64,000 nucleotides of DNA, taken from Mobula hypostoma. Lineage: Eukaryota. The DNA lies in the NCBI RefSeq assembly GCF_963921235.1, contig NC_086098.1:4526001-4590000 (forward strand), in the 5' to 3' direction. The stretch's first letter is position 1, and every line of letters starts with the position of its first letter. The translations under genes and the position numbers were made by a program. This document shows, in pieces, positions 62,178-64,000 of the stretch. The notes beneath the pieces were generated by a model. That model had not been told where the DNA came from, did no database searches, and was given only the letters and a program-made list of their open reading frames with translations.

Positions 62178-62295
62178 AACACACATAAAAGTTGCTGGTG
62201 AACGCAGCAGGCCAGGCAGCATCTCTAGGAGGAGGTGCAGTCGACATTTCAGGCCGAGACCCTTGGTCAGGACTAACTGAAGGAAGAGTGAGTCT
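62178..62295 (-). mobile_element. Penelope-like pLTR with mutated hammerhead (62239-62274)
   Basis: Minus strand agtc-ctgacCa-agggtctcggcct-gaaat-gtc-gact; G8 changed to C. Confidence 0.75.
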
Positions 62296-62317
62296 CAGTC
62301 CTTCTTTTGTTCTTTAA

Positions 62318-62677
62318 GATTCAAGGTGGTATAGATAGAGTAAATGCAGGCAGATTTTTTCCACTGAGGTTGGGCGGGATAACAAGCAGAGGTAATGGGT
62401 TGAGGGTGTAAAGTGAAAATTTGAAGGGGAACATGAAGGGAAACTTCTTCACTCAGAGGGTGCTATGAGTGTGGAATGAGCTGCCAGCAAACACGTGGTG
62501 CATGTGAGCCCAGTTTCAACATTTCAGACAAGTTTGGATGGGAGCATGGATGGTAGGGGTATGGAGGGTTATGGTCCCTGAGCATGTTGATGGGACTAGG
62601 CAGTTCAAATGTTTCAGTATGGACTAGATGGGCCAAATGGCCTGTTTCTGTGCTGTAGGTTTCCATGGCTCTATGAC
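62318..62677 (+). mobile_element. CR1 3' fragment
   Basis: aacttcttcactcagagggtg..tggaatgagctgcca and CR1 3' hairpin. Confidence 0.85.
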
Positions 62678-62679
62678 TA

Positions 62680-63100
62680 TTCAGGATAGTTTATTGTCTT
62701 CCTTCAGAACACGGGTGTAAAGGAGCACAAAAGGATTGTTATCCTGATCTGACGCAACCACAATGAGCATAAAAATCACAATAAATATAACTATATAAGA
62801 CAGCCTATATACATAGATCGATTGTAAATCCATAAAGTGACGCTCTGCACAGGAGTGTCTGTACATAATGTGACTGACAGGAGATGACAAAGTAGTGGTG
62901 TTGGGGGTGTGGAGGGGTGGGTTTGTGGGTGGAGGTGTTGATCAGCCGTACTCCTTGGGGAAAGTAACTGTTCTGAGTCTGCTGGTCCTGGTGTGGATGC
63001 TGTGTAGACTCTCCCCTGATGGGAGTGGGACAAACAATCCATGAGCAGGGTGGCTGGGATTCTTCATAATGTTACCAGCCCTTTTCCGTCACCTTTCTCT
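62680..63100 (-). mobile_element. Rex1/Babar-type 3' fragment
   Basis: Colinear with 4600-4900. Confidence 0.8.
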
Positions 63101-64000
63101 TTGGAATTGATACTTTTTTCAAATCAATGAAAATTGTTTCTTTATTTATTTTAGAAGAAGGTGAATGTGTAGACTAGATTGTTTTCTGCAGAGATCTGTT
63201 ACTTATTCCAGAAGAAGCTCCAGCACTTGACAGATTGGTGCTTAAGATTTGCCGCCGCACTCTGAAAATAACCACATTTCTATGTGAGCTGAGGTAAAAT
63301 TTATTTTAAATTCCCCGTACTGGAAAGGGTGTTATTTTGTCCTTGTATAGAAATACCTACGCCTGGACAAATTCTTTCTACCAATGAGCTATGAATTCAT
63401 TTGCAAGTTTCTTTGGGCTCTGGTTGACAGGAGGAATGCAGGCTGCATTATAACAAAACAAAAAAAATTCCTTTCTTCACGGAAAGGATTCACTCAGTGT
63501 TCTCATTTGCAGAGGCATCAGTTTCACTAACACTGCTGGAAATGGACCTGTTGTAACTCAAAGCAGAGAGCCTATCTTAGCAGCAGACAACACAGACCCC
63601 GGAACAGAAATAAATCAATGATTCCGGTAGGCAGTATTGGATTTATTTTTGTACATTACCATGATTTCTGTGAGATTACATCATTACATCAGTTTTGCAA
63701 TTCCATGAGTCCCACTGTTTCAGAACTGTTCCGTTATATCTATTGGATGAATGAAATGTTCATTGGGCATTTCAAAGCATTATCATAAAGTCATAAAACA
63801 CAATTTCACTAATGGCTACAATGTCATAATTCTACAACCTGTTCCATGCCTTGAGCTTATCCACCTTTCTTACAATACTCCTTGTATAGCTTAGAACATT
63901 AGTCCCACCAGACTGAACCTTTTGATTTCTGACCTTGAATGTAGGCTTAACAACATCTGTGTCCACAACCTCTCCACCACCTGTGTCCACAACCTCTCCA

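Noticed and set aside
63490..63565. Possible minus-strand terminal exon (..SISSSVSETDASANENTE*) of a neighbouring gene
   Set aside because: Only ~25 codons, weak acceptor, no resemblance to expected GPR63 neighbours such as FHL5 or UFL1 that I can recognise

Overview
Repeat-dense vertebrate genomic DNA, most likely a cartilaginous fish (inferred from HE1/V-SINE-like SINEs, abundant CR1 LINEs and shark/ray-type Penelope remnants). The only host gene I can support is the uninterrupted coding exon of the orphan class A GPCR GPR63 (14647-15885, +). The rest is mainly transposable elements: many CR1 LINEs (one full-length with intact esterase ORF1), Rex1/Babar and RTE LINE remnants, a complete but decayed IR/DR Tc1 transposon, two Gypsy remnants, a solo LTR, SINEs and TE-derived minisatellites. 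The most interesting signal is non-coding. Short (~0.25-0.5 kb) non-autonomous RTE-type retroelements start with predicted self-cleaving ribozymes. Two unrelated HDV-like ribozyme families have their predicted cleavage site exactly at the TSD-defined 5' insertion boundary, and both carry an extra hairpin inside loop L3. A third RTE-type head resembles a twister ribozyme, and Penelope remnants carry minimal hammerheads. All RNA structures were folded by eye and are untested. Repeat boundaries without a TSD are approximate.
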